DNA of 64,000 nucleotides from Orbicella franksi (Eukaryota): NCBI GenBank assembly GCA_964199315.1, contig OZ116710.1, positions 1,488,001 to 1,552,000 of the forward strand, read 5' to 3'. Shown piece by piece: positions 1 to 12,346 of this stretch (position 1 is its first letter; each line of letters starts with the position of its first letter). The notes under the pieces were generated by a model. It saw only the letters and a program-made list of their open reading frames with translations, ran no database searches and was not told where the DNA came from. The position numbers and the translations under genes were made by a program.

Positions 1-6
1 TCTAAC

Positions 7-693
7 CTCATCCAATGTGTAAAGTCCTGTGAAAGTGCTTCGTATCCTGTTGAACACCTCTTCATCTGATATAAACCTGTTACAATGAAATCACAAACAT
101 GAACTGGATATCCAAACAACCTCCTTCTCCTTCTTTTCTGATTTAATATTACTTAATTAACACAGAGACGAAAATTAAGCTACGAAACATGTTTATAAAT
201 AAGAAGAGAAGTCATCACACAAACACACCTTTCAAGTTTTCCTGGTGAAGCCAACACTTGTTGAACTTTTTTTGTACCAGCAAGATGAATTGCAGCTGAT
301 GGACATTTGATAGCTTTTGATCGTTCCAGCATTAACCTTACCTCCCAATCCTGCGTCAAAGAAAATAAATGCCCTCAATTTCTAACTTGGATATCAGTAT
401 ATTATTAACCTTATCATAATGGTAAACTCCGGACTCAAGACCTTGGGCACAGTTTTTCCCAATATGGACCTCCTGGCTGGCAAATAACTATGTATGGAAA
501 GTAATGCACCGTTTAATGGATATTCCCACCTTGCGCACAGCTGCTGCAATGCAATGGCTGCTGAGAATAATGTTGATTTCATTTGGTACATAGCCAGAGC
601 AGCGTTTTTCACTTGGAGCCTAAGACTTTAGACCGTTCAAAATGTGGCTTCTTATGTTATTTAAGCCTGAGTTAATGCATTACACTAAGCTGG

Positions 694-725
<32 letters not shown>

Positions 726-3700
726 ATTATTATTATTATACCTACCATGCCTGATTCATAATTATCTGGGTCATAGCCACACCTGAAGTATACCACAGCA
801 ATCTCATGTCCTTCTCTGGAAATCAACATGACACAGTTTGAATGGAACTCATTCACCACTAATGCATCATAAATTACATTCATAATAGTTATTACCGAAT
901 AAGGACTACAGTGCTCAAAAACAATCATGGCAATACTCCAACAGCAAGCATTGACTGTTCAAAAACACGCTTTCTTATGGCCAGGAGACCAGGTAGTTAT
1001 TATTCAGTTTCTTTGATAGAAATCACAGGATTGTGGCAACAAAAGACAAATTAAAATGTCTAATAAGTCAAGTGTTATTTCATTGTCTCTGACTTATGTC
1101 CTTTCCATGCTAATCTTCCTACTAGAGAGTATAGCTTCACAGCAAAAAGAGAAAGCGAAGCTTTGACAGAGCAAAACGGTCTAAGGGGTTGAAATAATAT
1201 AGATCTCCTAAGAAGACAGGTAAGAACTGATTACTACTTCTACATGTACATCACTTTATAATTTAAACACAGTTTGTGTGGGCGAGGTCTACAATGTAGA
1301 TACTCACACTATCAGTGTTTTATCATCTTTTAGTTGTCCTGTCCTGCTTATATCATTGAAGGTTTTTCTTATCATTTGAGCTGAAGGATGGCTGAAATGT
1401 AATAGAAAAATACAGTGTTGCAAATGTCAAAACAATTAACCTAGTACTAGTCTAAGGCACAATATTATAAGGAACAACTTAATTGAATATTAAGTAAATA
1501 TAAACAACAAATGAAACTAAATTAATGGCACATCACTTTGCATTTTCAATGCAGACAATCACCAAATTCACATACAGAGATTATGCTACACAAGACACTA
1601 ATTTATTAATGTAGTGGCCTTGAGTACCTTAAAAAATCAGCGTTAAAGTACTGCAAGACTATGTAATTATATTTTTTGAAAGTAGTGTTCCCTTAAGTCG
1701 TAAAAGGTGAAGCATACTATAGAAACAGCAGAGTAGAGTGATTATAACAAGTGAGATTTAAATGCTACTGACACTTGTCTCATGAGGTGTTGCACCCATC
1801 TCTGATCAAATCTGTTTCGCTCACCATCTGATACTACCATCATTGCTACTGCACTAAATGAGATGCAAAGGAAAAAAATACAAAATCAACTCAAATTAAT
1901 GCAGGGGTTTCAATGAGCATCAGCTACTGGTCAAATTGACTGGCTGCCTGGTTTAAGCACTGGTAGATAAGGAAGTTGAGCTCAAAAATGTTCTGCCTGC
2001 CTGTGAAAACCAGTTGCCTTCCTGGTGAAACTGTTACTGGAACCCCTGTTAATATTACTGTTTACAATTTAGGATTCAAAAATGTTTTGATTTTCACTGA
2101 GTTTCTGTACATACCTTTCATTTCCATAAAGTTTCCAAGCATCAACTAGGCCTGTTGCCAGACCTAAGGCTGATGTATTCTCAGGGAGCTGAAAGCAGAT
2201 ACAAAGAGGTTGAGTAACTTGTGGACTACTCTACACAAATTATGTTTGACTCAAATAACAATGAAAGAATGAAAGATGCGAATGCAGCCATAACACTACT
2301 GGAAAAATGACCTGAAAAAATTTCAGGCTCTGAACGGGATTCAAATCTACGACCTTTGCATTACCGGTGCAATGCTCTACCAACTGAGCTATCAAAGCCA
2401 CATGAGCTTTGATAGCTAATATTGGTAGAGTATTGCACCGGTAATGCAAAGGTTGTGGGTTCGAATCCCGTTCAGAGCCTGAAATTTTTTTCAGGTCATT
2501 TTTCCAGTAGTGTTTTGGCTGCATTCGCATCTTTCATTCTTTCATTTAATTGCTACTGTTGGACATCTATTACCATCAAATAACAATATATCACAAAAAA
2601 ACAACAACAAAAATAAAAAAAACCAGCAAAATACTGCTTGACTCTTAAATTGTTATTAACTTTACACAAGCAGTGCATGCTGAGAGCTATGTAGCTGTGT
2701 CTCTTTGCACCCATTGCATGCCTATGATGGTACAGATTAGTTCACATCATAGGCACGTTATGCATGTAGAGTGCTAACGCCATGAAGGGGACATTCAGTG
2801 GTCATGCTTATTGATTGAGTGATTTCCATTCGGTATTATAAAAAGTTTTTTCCATTTCTTATGATTTTGTGTAGAACGAGATTACTCAAGCTCAAAATTG
2901 AAGGACAGACAAAGTTACAAACAGAAAACCTCACCGAAAAGTTACAAAACTGAAATCAAATTTCTGGCTAATTCTGGGCAAACTTAATGGCCCAGGTGAC
3001 ACAGATTTAATATATTTGTGACAAAAGAAACCAATGGAATATCCTGGTCCAATTTAAACAATGTTGAGATACCACTTAGCAAAATGCACAACACTTGAAA
3101 GTGAACCTTTTTTTTGTAACTTGGGTCAGGTCCATTCTGAAGATCCAGTATGAAGCTGTAAAATAAAACAAATAAGAAATTTTTTTTCTATGAGCAGATT
3201 ACTTGTAACTATGAGGCAGCCATTATTAACCCCCCTTTCCCACCACTGAAGAGGACTTTTGGCATGATCAAAATTTGTTATTGCAAAACATGGATCATGC
3301 TACCATATACAGATTAATAAAAATTGACATATATTTGCTATCCTTTAAAATAAGGTAATGCAATAGGAATGCAAAGTACTTGTGAAGTCCTCCCATCTGT
3401 GAACTCAATCCACCAAATGAGGATGCAATTGTGTTGATTTCAACTTGCTTGATTGCAAGATCTTCTGGCTTATCACTTGTACCATCCAACATATAGTCAG
3501 ACCGGAAAATCCCCAGGGAGATGGGCTGTGAAATATGAATATATGAAGCTTTTCAGAAGTTATAATTTATTCAAGTCATGCAAAACACTAACACTAACTT
3601 GATAATCAAAAAAATGCAACTTTTATTTAATATATGCCAAATAATTTAAGGTTACAGTATATCTTCAGGGGTGTCTTGCGTCCAAACGATGTAGCGCGTA

Positions 3701-6700
3701 CGGTTTAAGCTGTAGATACCTAAACTCCTATATCAAATCAAAGCTTATAGAGCTGGCTATCAAACCATACCAAAAATTTTGAAATAAAATGAATTGCTGA
3801 TTTTTTCACGGCTACTAAATGCAAGAGTCCTAATCACCTTTTGGAAGCTACAAGTCAAAGTGAATTTTGTTTTTCACCAATTCATTTTTTCCTCAGTTTC
3901 AGGACAAAAAGCGCTAAAAAAGAGTGTCTGCGTTTTTCCATATTCAGTTGCAGTAAAAAGTTACAGAACATTTTCGAAATAGGATTTAAAAAATGTGAAG
4001 TGATCGTACAAAAATCGCTCTCGGAGAAAAAATATTTTGAAATAAACAATTCGCAGACACATTTTTGTTTTTTATATGTTAATCTAGCTACTGTCCAAAT
4101 TTGAGGGCAAACAAACAAATTCCCTTTGAGCTGTAACTCTTTAAAGTGTCTGCTTCAAGCGAAAAAATTTATTCGAGAAAACAGCACTAAGAAAAATCTC
4201 TTGCTTTGCAAACAAACTCCAGCCACAAACGTCTTCAACTGGGTTCTCAGATCACTGAGTCAATCAGCACTTGGAAAATTTACTACCATTAACTCACAAA
4301 AAAAACCTTGTGTTTCACAATGCGCTCAATGCGGAGAGATGAGTTGGATGATTCATTGGTATCGGACTCAACAAAAGAGTCACTGTAAACATCACTGTTA
4401 TCGCTGTCGAGTTCCCAAATTTTTACAGAACCTTTCTCTTCTCTTCAGTCGATCTTTTTGCCCACTTAATAGGTGAATAGCTTCATCCACGAGGCCAACT
4501 TTTGCTTCTTCAGTCATTGATCTATTTTCATTCATTCTTTGCTTTTTCGAATTGGTAAACAGAGTTTTCCATGGTCCACGTTTACTCATAACTTAGTAGA
4601 ATTACACCTAATATGAAAGATGCTTGGATTAACAATGCTGATTAACTGAGTAGCCAGCCAATTCGTGGTATCCATATAGGTAATATTCCCGCAAAAGTAG
4701 TCTCGGTTGATTGCATACACGTTATAGGGCTGTCAATCAAGAGGGAACTTTTACTTCTGGCCATAACATAAAACCTCCATTTCTCCACCAATATTAAGTT
4801 TTTTTCAATTTTGTTTTCAGAAATTAGAGATTACTCTTTGCCCATTACTTTGAACCAAAAATCCAAATTAGAAGAAAATTGCCGATCTGAAGGTATACTG
4901 TAACCTTAAGCAGAATTTGCAAATCCAGGACATCATGTTAATGCCCCTCCGATCTCAAGGAAGGTCATTGCAAATTCCAAAGTGACAGTTGAATGGTCAA
5001 GTGGACCTCCCAGAGGGCTAGAGGGGGGTTTAAACCCAAAAGGACCAGTGGGGAGGTATGGGAAAACACAATAATATTAGAGTTAGTTGGTAAGAACAAA
5101 TTGAACACAGGCCAGCTATCTCAACTGGATAGACAGCAACTCTTAGATGTGACATGCAAGTAATTGATTTGGACTTTAAAGACACAATAATGAACTTTTC
5201 TTGTTTGGTCATACATGCTAACCACGGTCATCCATTGATTTTTTAAGCAAACAACTTTCTTTTACTTAAGGGTTATGTCTATCAAAGGAAGGGTTTATAA
5301 TAAAAATGTTATTTTGGCATTAATAGTGACTCGATGTACTTAATCTAGCTGCTGTCAATATATCACTTCACTGTTGAAGTTACAAGTCACCTGTGAGAGT
5401 CCTTCATTTCTTGTTGTTTCATAAATTTCAAATATTTTGGCAGTAAATGCATCCACTTCTATGGTGCTAAATGGACAGAAAACAGACATGTTATCGAGCT
5501 GTCAGCTAAGACTTGGATAAACTTCACTTTGCCTTATAAAAACAAAAGTTATACAAGCCATAATTCTGGACTCCGACTTGGTGTAGGAGACACAGAACAC
5601 ATCACAACAGAACACCGCCTCATAAACCTATTGTTTCCATTGTATTCCTCATTCTTTTGTCTTTTGTTTTTATTTGTTTTACGTCAACTGTGTCTTCTAC
5701 ATCAAGTAAGAGCCTAATTGTGAGACTAGCGATGTTTCACATGATGTACAGCTTTCAGCGGGTTTGCAGCATTTGCTTATTCTATCTGCAAACTAACTAT
5801 TGGCTTTAATGACTAGGAAAAAAAAATTGCTGTCTCCAAATGTTGCACACCCGTTTTCTGAGACATTTGTACATGCTGATCATGTTACAATTATTGTGCT
5901 GTTCCAGAAAATATCCATACTCCCCCCACAGAAGGGATTGGAATTTTCTGGGGGATCGGGGGTTTGACAAAAAAAAAACCCTTCGGTGGGGGAGGTATGG
6001 ATATTTTCTGGAACCACACATTTTGCAAAAATATTCTAGTTCTATTTAGAAAACAATAATATTGACTCCCAACAACTCAAGCACCCAAGTAAACTCAATT
6101 CTCACACTAACTCGAACCAAAACTGATTTCCCCTGGATTTGTATCTTACATTTCATGTTATTTTACAATTGGTAACTCACACCCTTGACAACTCAAAATG
6201 TTTTGTCCTTTCAGCCCATTTTGTTTTTTTTTTATAAATTTACTCTCAATAACTCACACCACATCTGTCAATGTCTAAATGGTTAAATCTCTCCAAAATC
6301 CTGGACAGAAATATATTGCTTTTAAGAAGTCAGGGTCTATCAATAGACTTTATCTGAAAAAGCACAGTCAATTAAGTTGTTGTAACTATGTACTGCAGTA
6401 GCCCACCACAGTATTCTTCTGTCATTTGCTTTGTTATTATTTGCTTTATTGGCAAAGTATCATTCCAGTTTTACTCTTTCCCTGTAGTAAATCCAACTGA
6501 AATGCACACCTCTCTGTTCCCTAAATACTGGTCATTTGTTGACATTTCCTGACTGAAACTCCTGAAGAGAGGTACAGGGAGTCAACTGTACGTGTTAGAA
6601 TCCACAAGGCATTATCATAATTATTTATTGTTGTCCTTTATCATTCTTATTTCTTGTTATCTGTATAAATAAGTTTAACTTCATGATTTGTGGTGGCTTG

Positions 6701-7713
6701 CCCTTGGCCTCTTCTGCGAGCCTCTATGGCTACTTTTATTTTTATATCTAGGTATAGTCAATTAATAAACCAATAATCGATATCAATTGATAACAATCGA
6801 TGGCAATTGATGAAAATCAATGAGTTTTATTGTTTGTTATCGATTGCTGATAGCAATCGATAACGATTGATTAATTGATTGGTATTGTTTGTTAAAATTA
6901 TTTTTGTCCTTTTACAAGTTACACTGATAAAATGATCGACAAAAATCTATTGGGTCATTTTATCTTCATAGCCTTCATATCTTTTAGATCATCAACAAAA
7001 TAACAAGAACATTTTGGCTTTACATCTTTCTTTGCAAGTTTATGGCACCAGAAGAAGCTCAGGCCAGAGTGGCAGTGTAAAACCCTCCAGTCTCATTGTA
7101 GCATCAAAATAAACAACAGAGTCAGTGTTCAAATGACTTCAATTATTTGAATTTCTTTCAGTGAATAACTCTCCATATTCCTGAAGACAGGAATAATTCC
7201 TGTCTTTATTACATGTATCGATTGTTAGCAACTATTGTCAATCGATAGCAATTGATAAAAATATTTTCCCGAGTTTGATTGCTATTGTTTGCTGATATCA
7301 ATCGATAGCAATCGGCCATTGATATCGACTGATTTCGATTTTTATCGATTGATTACACCTGGTTTTATATATTACATGTACCTTTTTTGTTTAGAGGCGT
7401 TGGTGGCTCTGAAGGCTTAAAAGATCTGTCTATTTTTTTTCGTAGTAAGGTCTCACCTCTGAAGAGCTTCCTTGAGGAATTCATGGTCCTGACTGACTTT
7501 GTGAACTAAGAGATTGAAGTCTTTCTGCACCTCTTTCGCCTGGGTGAACAATCGCTTTGGAAAAGGAGAGGGGAGAAGAGTGAATGGTGCATGTTCGACC
7601 CTGTGGTAACAATCCTTCGCTACCATAACAATGCCATGAGTTACACAGTAATCCTTCCCTTCTTCGGCCAAAAAAGCCACGAGATCTTTTGGAATCTCAC
7701 GAACACTACTCAT
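7..7713 (-). CDS. GSS: Glutathione synthetase, eukaryotic type; 10 coding exons in window, 3' end beyond the left edge
   Basis: Phase-compatible GT-AG exons: 7457-7713, 5391-5466, 3380-3525, 3107-3155, 2115-2188, 1773-1853, 1308-1391, 746-815, 229-350, 7-76. Translation includes [46 protein letters not shown] and [25 protein letters not shown], all eukaryotic GSS motifs. Confidence 0.96.
693..739. repeat. Compound (GTT)n(ATT)n microsatellite in a GSS intron, just past the exon 746-815 donor
   Basis: Directly visible tandem trinucleotides. Confidence 0.95.
2260..2546. repeat. Palindromic repeat made of two head-to-head tRNA-derived units (Thr-GGT-like)
   Basis: Arms of about 140 bp (2260-2399 and 2405-2546) are near-perfect reverse complements. 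Each carries a tRNA-like unit (2326-2399 on -, 2405-2479 on +) with A box, B box (GTTCGAATCC on the + copy) and anticodon arm TTGCA-CCGGTAA-TGCAA. Confidence 0.85.
3650..4905. mobile_element. Non-autonomous Kolobok-like DNA transposon in a GSS intron
   Basis: TTAA at 3646-3649 and 4906-4909. 19-bp TIR GGTTACAGTAT(A/C)CTTCAG-type with 1 mismatch and GG...CC termini. Short basic ORF remnant MSKRGPWK... at 4398-4589 (-). Confidence 0.8.
5895..6020. mobile_element. Short MITE
   Basis: TIR of about 30 bp: TGTGxxGTTCCAGAAAATATCCATAC... versus ...GTATGGATATTTTCTGGAACCACACA. Decayed relatives near 4910-5080 and 18530-18710. Confidence 0.7.
6748..7362. mobile_element. Non-autonomous DNA transposon with 8-bp TSD (hAT- or P-like) and subterminal ATCGAT arrays
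   Basis: TTTTATAT at 6740-6747 and 7363-7370. Degenerate TIR CTAGGTATAGTCAAT versus revcomp CCAGGTGTAATCAAT. Many ATCGAT/ATTGAT motifs at both ends. Confidence 0.7.
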
Positions 7714-7906
7714 TGTAACTCAGCTCTTGTTAGCCTTTGTTAGGAGTTTGTTTACAAGATCGGAAGTACCAAGCTCTCTGAGCAGTTTCTCTTTATAGAA
7801 CTGAGGTGTTATTCCTCAAAAAGACTTTTGCCTCTTTATAGAAATGACCTCACATTTCGTCCAGAAGTTCGATTACAAAGTGTAACCACCACCTGCTGAA
7901 ATGGGC

Positions 7907-7915
7907 CGCCATCTT
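7907..7915 (-). promoter_or_regulatory. YY1-like motif (AAGATGGCG on -) in the GSS promoter/5' region
   Basis: CGCCATCTT about 200 bp upstream of the GSS ATG, in a locally GC-richer patch. Motif match only. Confidence 0.4.
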
Positions 7916-8889
7916 GTACGAAGGGCAACTTGGGGGCTGGTGCAGCTCACCCCAAGCCCCCAACAGTTAAGGCGTGGTCACAAGCTCTTTAAAAAAAATG
8001 CACTCTTTGTTTTCAAATTTTCCGTTAATACTTCTTCTTTATGAACAGAAAATGTATCCTGAACGTCAAAGGAGGTGGGTGGACGCAGAAGAGAAGAGCA
8101 GGTTCCGAACACCATCAGTCACTCATGAGTCACGCTGTCACGCCATCACCTCCTAACGAAGTTTCCACGCCACTTTTATATTAACAAACTTTCTCCGCAA
8201 AACTAAAACGAGAAGAGTTTTATTTAACAAATGAGACTTCGTTTCCACATAGTTCATTTGTACAATTTGTCCCTTGATAGGATCACTAAATATTTGTCAT
8301 GATTTATTCATCCTGTTTTCTCAGTTTCCTCTATGCAGGGCGTGGTTTGTCATTCTCCAGACTCCCTGAACCTGTAATTTACTTGTCTGATTGTCACTCT
8401 TGGGTTTTGCCGCAAATTCGTGAACAATAAATTCCAAAAAAAAATGATCTTATTTTCTATAATTCCCTTTCTTCTAATTGACGTATATCATAAACTTCGG
8501 TGAAACGAAAAGAGAACGCGGGTTGAGATAGGGATCAAAGTAATAATAATGAACAAAAAAGGCTTGTAATAGCCATTAAGATTTGCTTTTATTACATCAA
8601 AACTGAATTTTATTACTAAATTCACGAGCTTACACTAACCGGGTCAGAGCCCTCTAAACTATCTTTTTGCCTTGCGGGTTTTCACTCGTGGAGTCCGTTT
8701 TCAGCTTCTTCAACCTAAAATCTCCGAGCGGTACTTGTTCCCCAACCTTCCACGCTTTCAGGCTGCGAGGAACAGAGGAATTAAGCAAGCGTGCTCATAT
8801 TTTTCGTTAATTCGTACGTGATGAGGCGTACACAAACTGAGAGCTTGTAAAAGCTCACTTCTTTCTTGTTTTCGGTGTCGAACCTAAAC

Positions 8890-11800
8890 TCAGACAATTT
8901 TTCTACGCTGACCTCTGTTTCCCGAATCTGTGTTTTTGGCAGGCGACATGAAGTTTGGGAATTTTTTTTTACCCGGGTGAAGATACCTGTTTAGTTTGAC
9001 TTTGAGCCGGGCTAACTGTCTCCGAAGATTGCGTAACTTTGTGGTAGGACTTATTCGTGCGCCGATTGTGTTGTGTCTGTGAGTGCGCGGTGATAACCGA
9101 GCAGTAGGCAGATAAGGTTCTTGTGTTGCCTTGGTAACTGTTTCTTTGAGTACACGCCCAGATACTTTCCGAAGTCCACTTGATGTTCGAAATCTTCCTT
9201 TTGGTATTTTTCTTCTTTCATCTCTTAATGACTTGGTGGAAAGTGATAGACGATTCTTTGATAGTCTGTTTGTTAATTTTGATGACTTTACTAAGTGAAT
9301 AAAGTGCGTGATTCCTTTCTTAAAATGCGAGCTGTTATTTCTTGACCTAGAAACTTCCCATTGCGATAACTTTTTCAAATTGTGTATTTTCTTAGATTTG
9401 TGTTCACTAAACTGGTCATGGCTTATTGGGATTGTGTCATGTCTTTCAAAATCTGGCAAAATTGCCTGGTTTACGTGATGGCTTATTTGGACTTTTCTAT
9501 GTTTGTTTCTTTGACTGAATTGACTTGGTAAAGCAGTATGAGCAAGTACACCAAGTGCACTTGCATTAGAAGTGCTCCCCAATTTTTGGAATGAGTTCTT
9601 TTCCTTGACCCAACTTTTGCGGTGATGTTTCAATATGTGGGAGATTATATCTGAGAGATCGTGGAAGCCTCTACCGTAGCCAACCCCGTCTACTGTGTTC
9701 TGCTTTTCAATGGGTTCCAATGGACGGTGCTGACTGGTTACATTCCAATCACTGACAATGTCAGTTGAAGGAAATGGAATAATTGATGCTTTTCTTTCTT
9801 TGACGACCTGCTTGTCCCCTAAAAACAAAAGTACAAACAAATAAATCGGGTTGAGTGGAAACATGGTCTCAACATAGGACAAATCTCAATTCCTAAGCGG
9901 TCACGCCCCGAGTTCAACCAGTCGGCCTCCCTTGTGACTAACCAATTGGTTTGCCTTGAGCCAGTTAGGGTTTTGTAACTTTGTTATGTTTATTTTAGAT
10001 GATTTGTTTCTGATATATTATACTCAGCCCAACCATCTTTTGTACTATAAAGTCTACTCTTATGTTGATCAAAGGAAACGTTTTTCATATTTCTTCACTT
10101 TCACGGTACTCATAGCAGCCTATTTTCCTAACTTGTTCACGATGCTTGTAACCATGCAAGAAATTTAAACATCGCATCAGCATTCACACCAGGCTTCTCG
10201 CTGGTAACAACAGGAGAGTAGGAGCATAAAAACAAGGGCCGATAGGACCTCCTCCGTAATACAAAATTGACGAATGCAGCTAGCAATGAGGTTATTGTCT
10301 ACACCTACGTTTAAGCATGTCGTTAAGCCATCTGACAGCTTGAAAAGCTCCACCTCCGGAGCCCGCGGTGTAGAAATTAACCGCTATAAAATTTGCCCAT
10401 AATCCAAACTTGTCGTGGCATGTAGTCAGTTTCTCTCTGATTTCCTTATACGAATTCAGGCATGGCTGAAGAGGGTTAGCCGCTGTACTGAACCAGTTTA
10501 CTAGAACCAGGCTCCAGCGGTCATTCCAGACAGCGTTCCAACGGGATTCTGCGCGATCAACACATTTCTTGGGAAAGAAAACCTCAGCGATTACTTGACG
10601 TGATGTATAAGGATGTACAATACAAATGAAACAAACATTTACATAAATTTCAACTGTTATCCTGATAGCTGGTTATCAGTGAAAAAGGAATTATGTTCCT
10701 CTTTGCAGAGACAAATGTTTTCATTCAACTTGTGCGCCTGTTACCTTTGTGAACACAGCAGACATAATATACTCTACCTTCACGTTTTGCCCCGGGCTGC
10801 CATAACGGTTCTCTCTGACGTAATGCCACATATTGGACTCCGTATAAGGAAAACCACTGAGACCATTGTTGTTGAACACCACCAATCGACCCAATCTGCG
10901 CATGTCTCTTAGCGTGGGCCAATCATGGAACCCATCGCCATAACTGTCCTTTAGCAGCACGTAAGGAGAAATTCTCGCTTGGTCAAATACTCGTTTCAGA
11001 ATTGTAGGATTTTTTAAGTAGTCCTCAAAGATGATGGTGATAACTTCATGCCTGTTACTTTCAAGGAATTTCCTGATTTCAATCAGCGTGTCCAGAAGAT
11101 TTGACGAACCACTCCAGAAACAAGAAGCGTGACAGAGACGAACCTCTGCTGCTCCCCACCCTAGAGAGAAGTGAAACTGAGCATATTATTTGAATTGTGG
11201 TTGCGCCTGGGGAGACATTCCAATTTTCACTCCAGTTTGGTGCTGGTCAAGGCCAGAAATGTTGAAAAAATACCGTAAATTTAATCTCACAAAAAGTTAC
11301 AGTACAAAATAAAGTCATTTATCTAGCTTACCTGGGTATATGTCTAACATAAGTCCGCGCGCACCATCCTTGAGCTGCTGACTGACGCTGAATCGTTGAT
11401 TGCGGGCCCATACAGCAAAGTTTGGCGAGTTGGAGAAGGAATTATGGGTAACAAGAAACGCCACTTTGTTGAAGGGCCTGTCATAATCCTAAACAGCAGT
11501 AGCAGTCAATCGATGAGTATATTTTTCTTATCGCTTAAATTCTCTCCTTAGAATGATTAACCTTTTCAACAAACCTAAAAAAGCGCCCATTTCCTAAATC
11601 ATGCCTAAATCAGTCAATGAAACGGCTGAATGCCAAAGATAATGTTTCATTTTTAAGGAAAGGAATATTCTCCAGAGATAACTCTTTACCTGTTCTGTAA
11701 AAGCAGGTACACGTGACATTTGACAGGTGGCATATGGTTTGTCACACAACCTACACACTAGTCCATCAGCGCATGCGTATCCCGCAGAACAGCGCTCATT

Positions 11801-12346
11801 TTCCCTTCTCGGATGATGCAAGCACTTCTGATAGCCCGGTTGGCAGCTTAGACCTGGGGCACAAGAAAATCCCGCAGAACACGGCTCTTCGTATCGACGA
11901 GGATGATGGAAGCAAAGCTGAAAAGAAGTCCAACTATCAGTTAGGCTAAACTAAACAGAAATGGTCGTTTTCAAATTAAGTCAACTGACCTGAACGCCTG
12001 GTTCACAAGAGAGACCACTTCCACAATCATACCCGGCCACGCAGGGCTCACCATGAAGACGAGGCACGTGGAAACATTTCTGAACTCCCGGATGGCAACT
12101 GAATCCACTGGCGCACGGCCTTGTGACATGACAGCGGTCTCCATACACTCCGGGAGCCGCACATTTCTGTACTCCCGCCTCGCAGGTGTTCAAGGGATGG
12201 CAGCGACAGAAAGCGGAACAAATGTCACCAGCCTGCCCCTTGCCGTTGCCATGGGGACAGGAGAAAAACCAAAAACCATCGATGCGAGAACAACAGGTGG
12301 CAACGAAAAACATTAAAACCAAAATCCAGGAATAGGGCAAACACAT
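8890..12346 (-). CDS. Secreted PI-PLC X-domain (PLC-like phosphodiesterase) protein with five N-terminal Cys-rich repeats and a putative basic C-terminal tail
   Basis: Exons 11990-12346 (signal peptide MCLPYSWILVLMFFVATCCS plus repeats), 11690-11917, 11332-11488 (FLVTHNSF...NQRFSVSQQLKDGARGLMLDIY), 10778-11160 (VRLCH, EVITIIFEDY) and 10305-10567 (ANFIAVNFY). Then either read-through to TAA at 10292, or an 11-nt exon 10190-10200 plus last exon 8890-9818. All phases are compatible. Confidence 0.85.

Noticed and set aside
680-928. ORF ending in poly-I/poly-T
   Set aside because: Only 746-815 is a real GSS exon; the rest is intron and microsatellite.
2326-2479. Two functional tRNA-Thr genes
   Set aside because: They are part of an inverted repeat with a shared non-tRNA tail, one copy has a damaged T loop and the other a damaged D arm, and the anticodon is atypical. 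Treated as tRNA-derived repeats. ORF 2240-2530 is a by-product.
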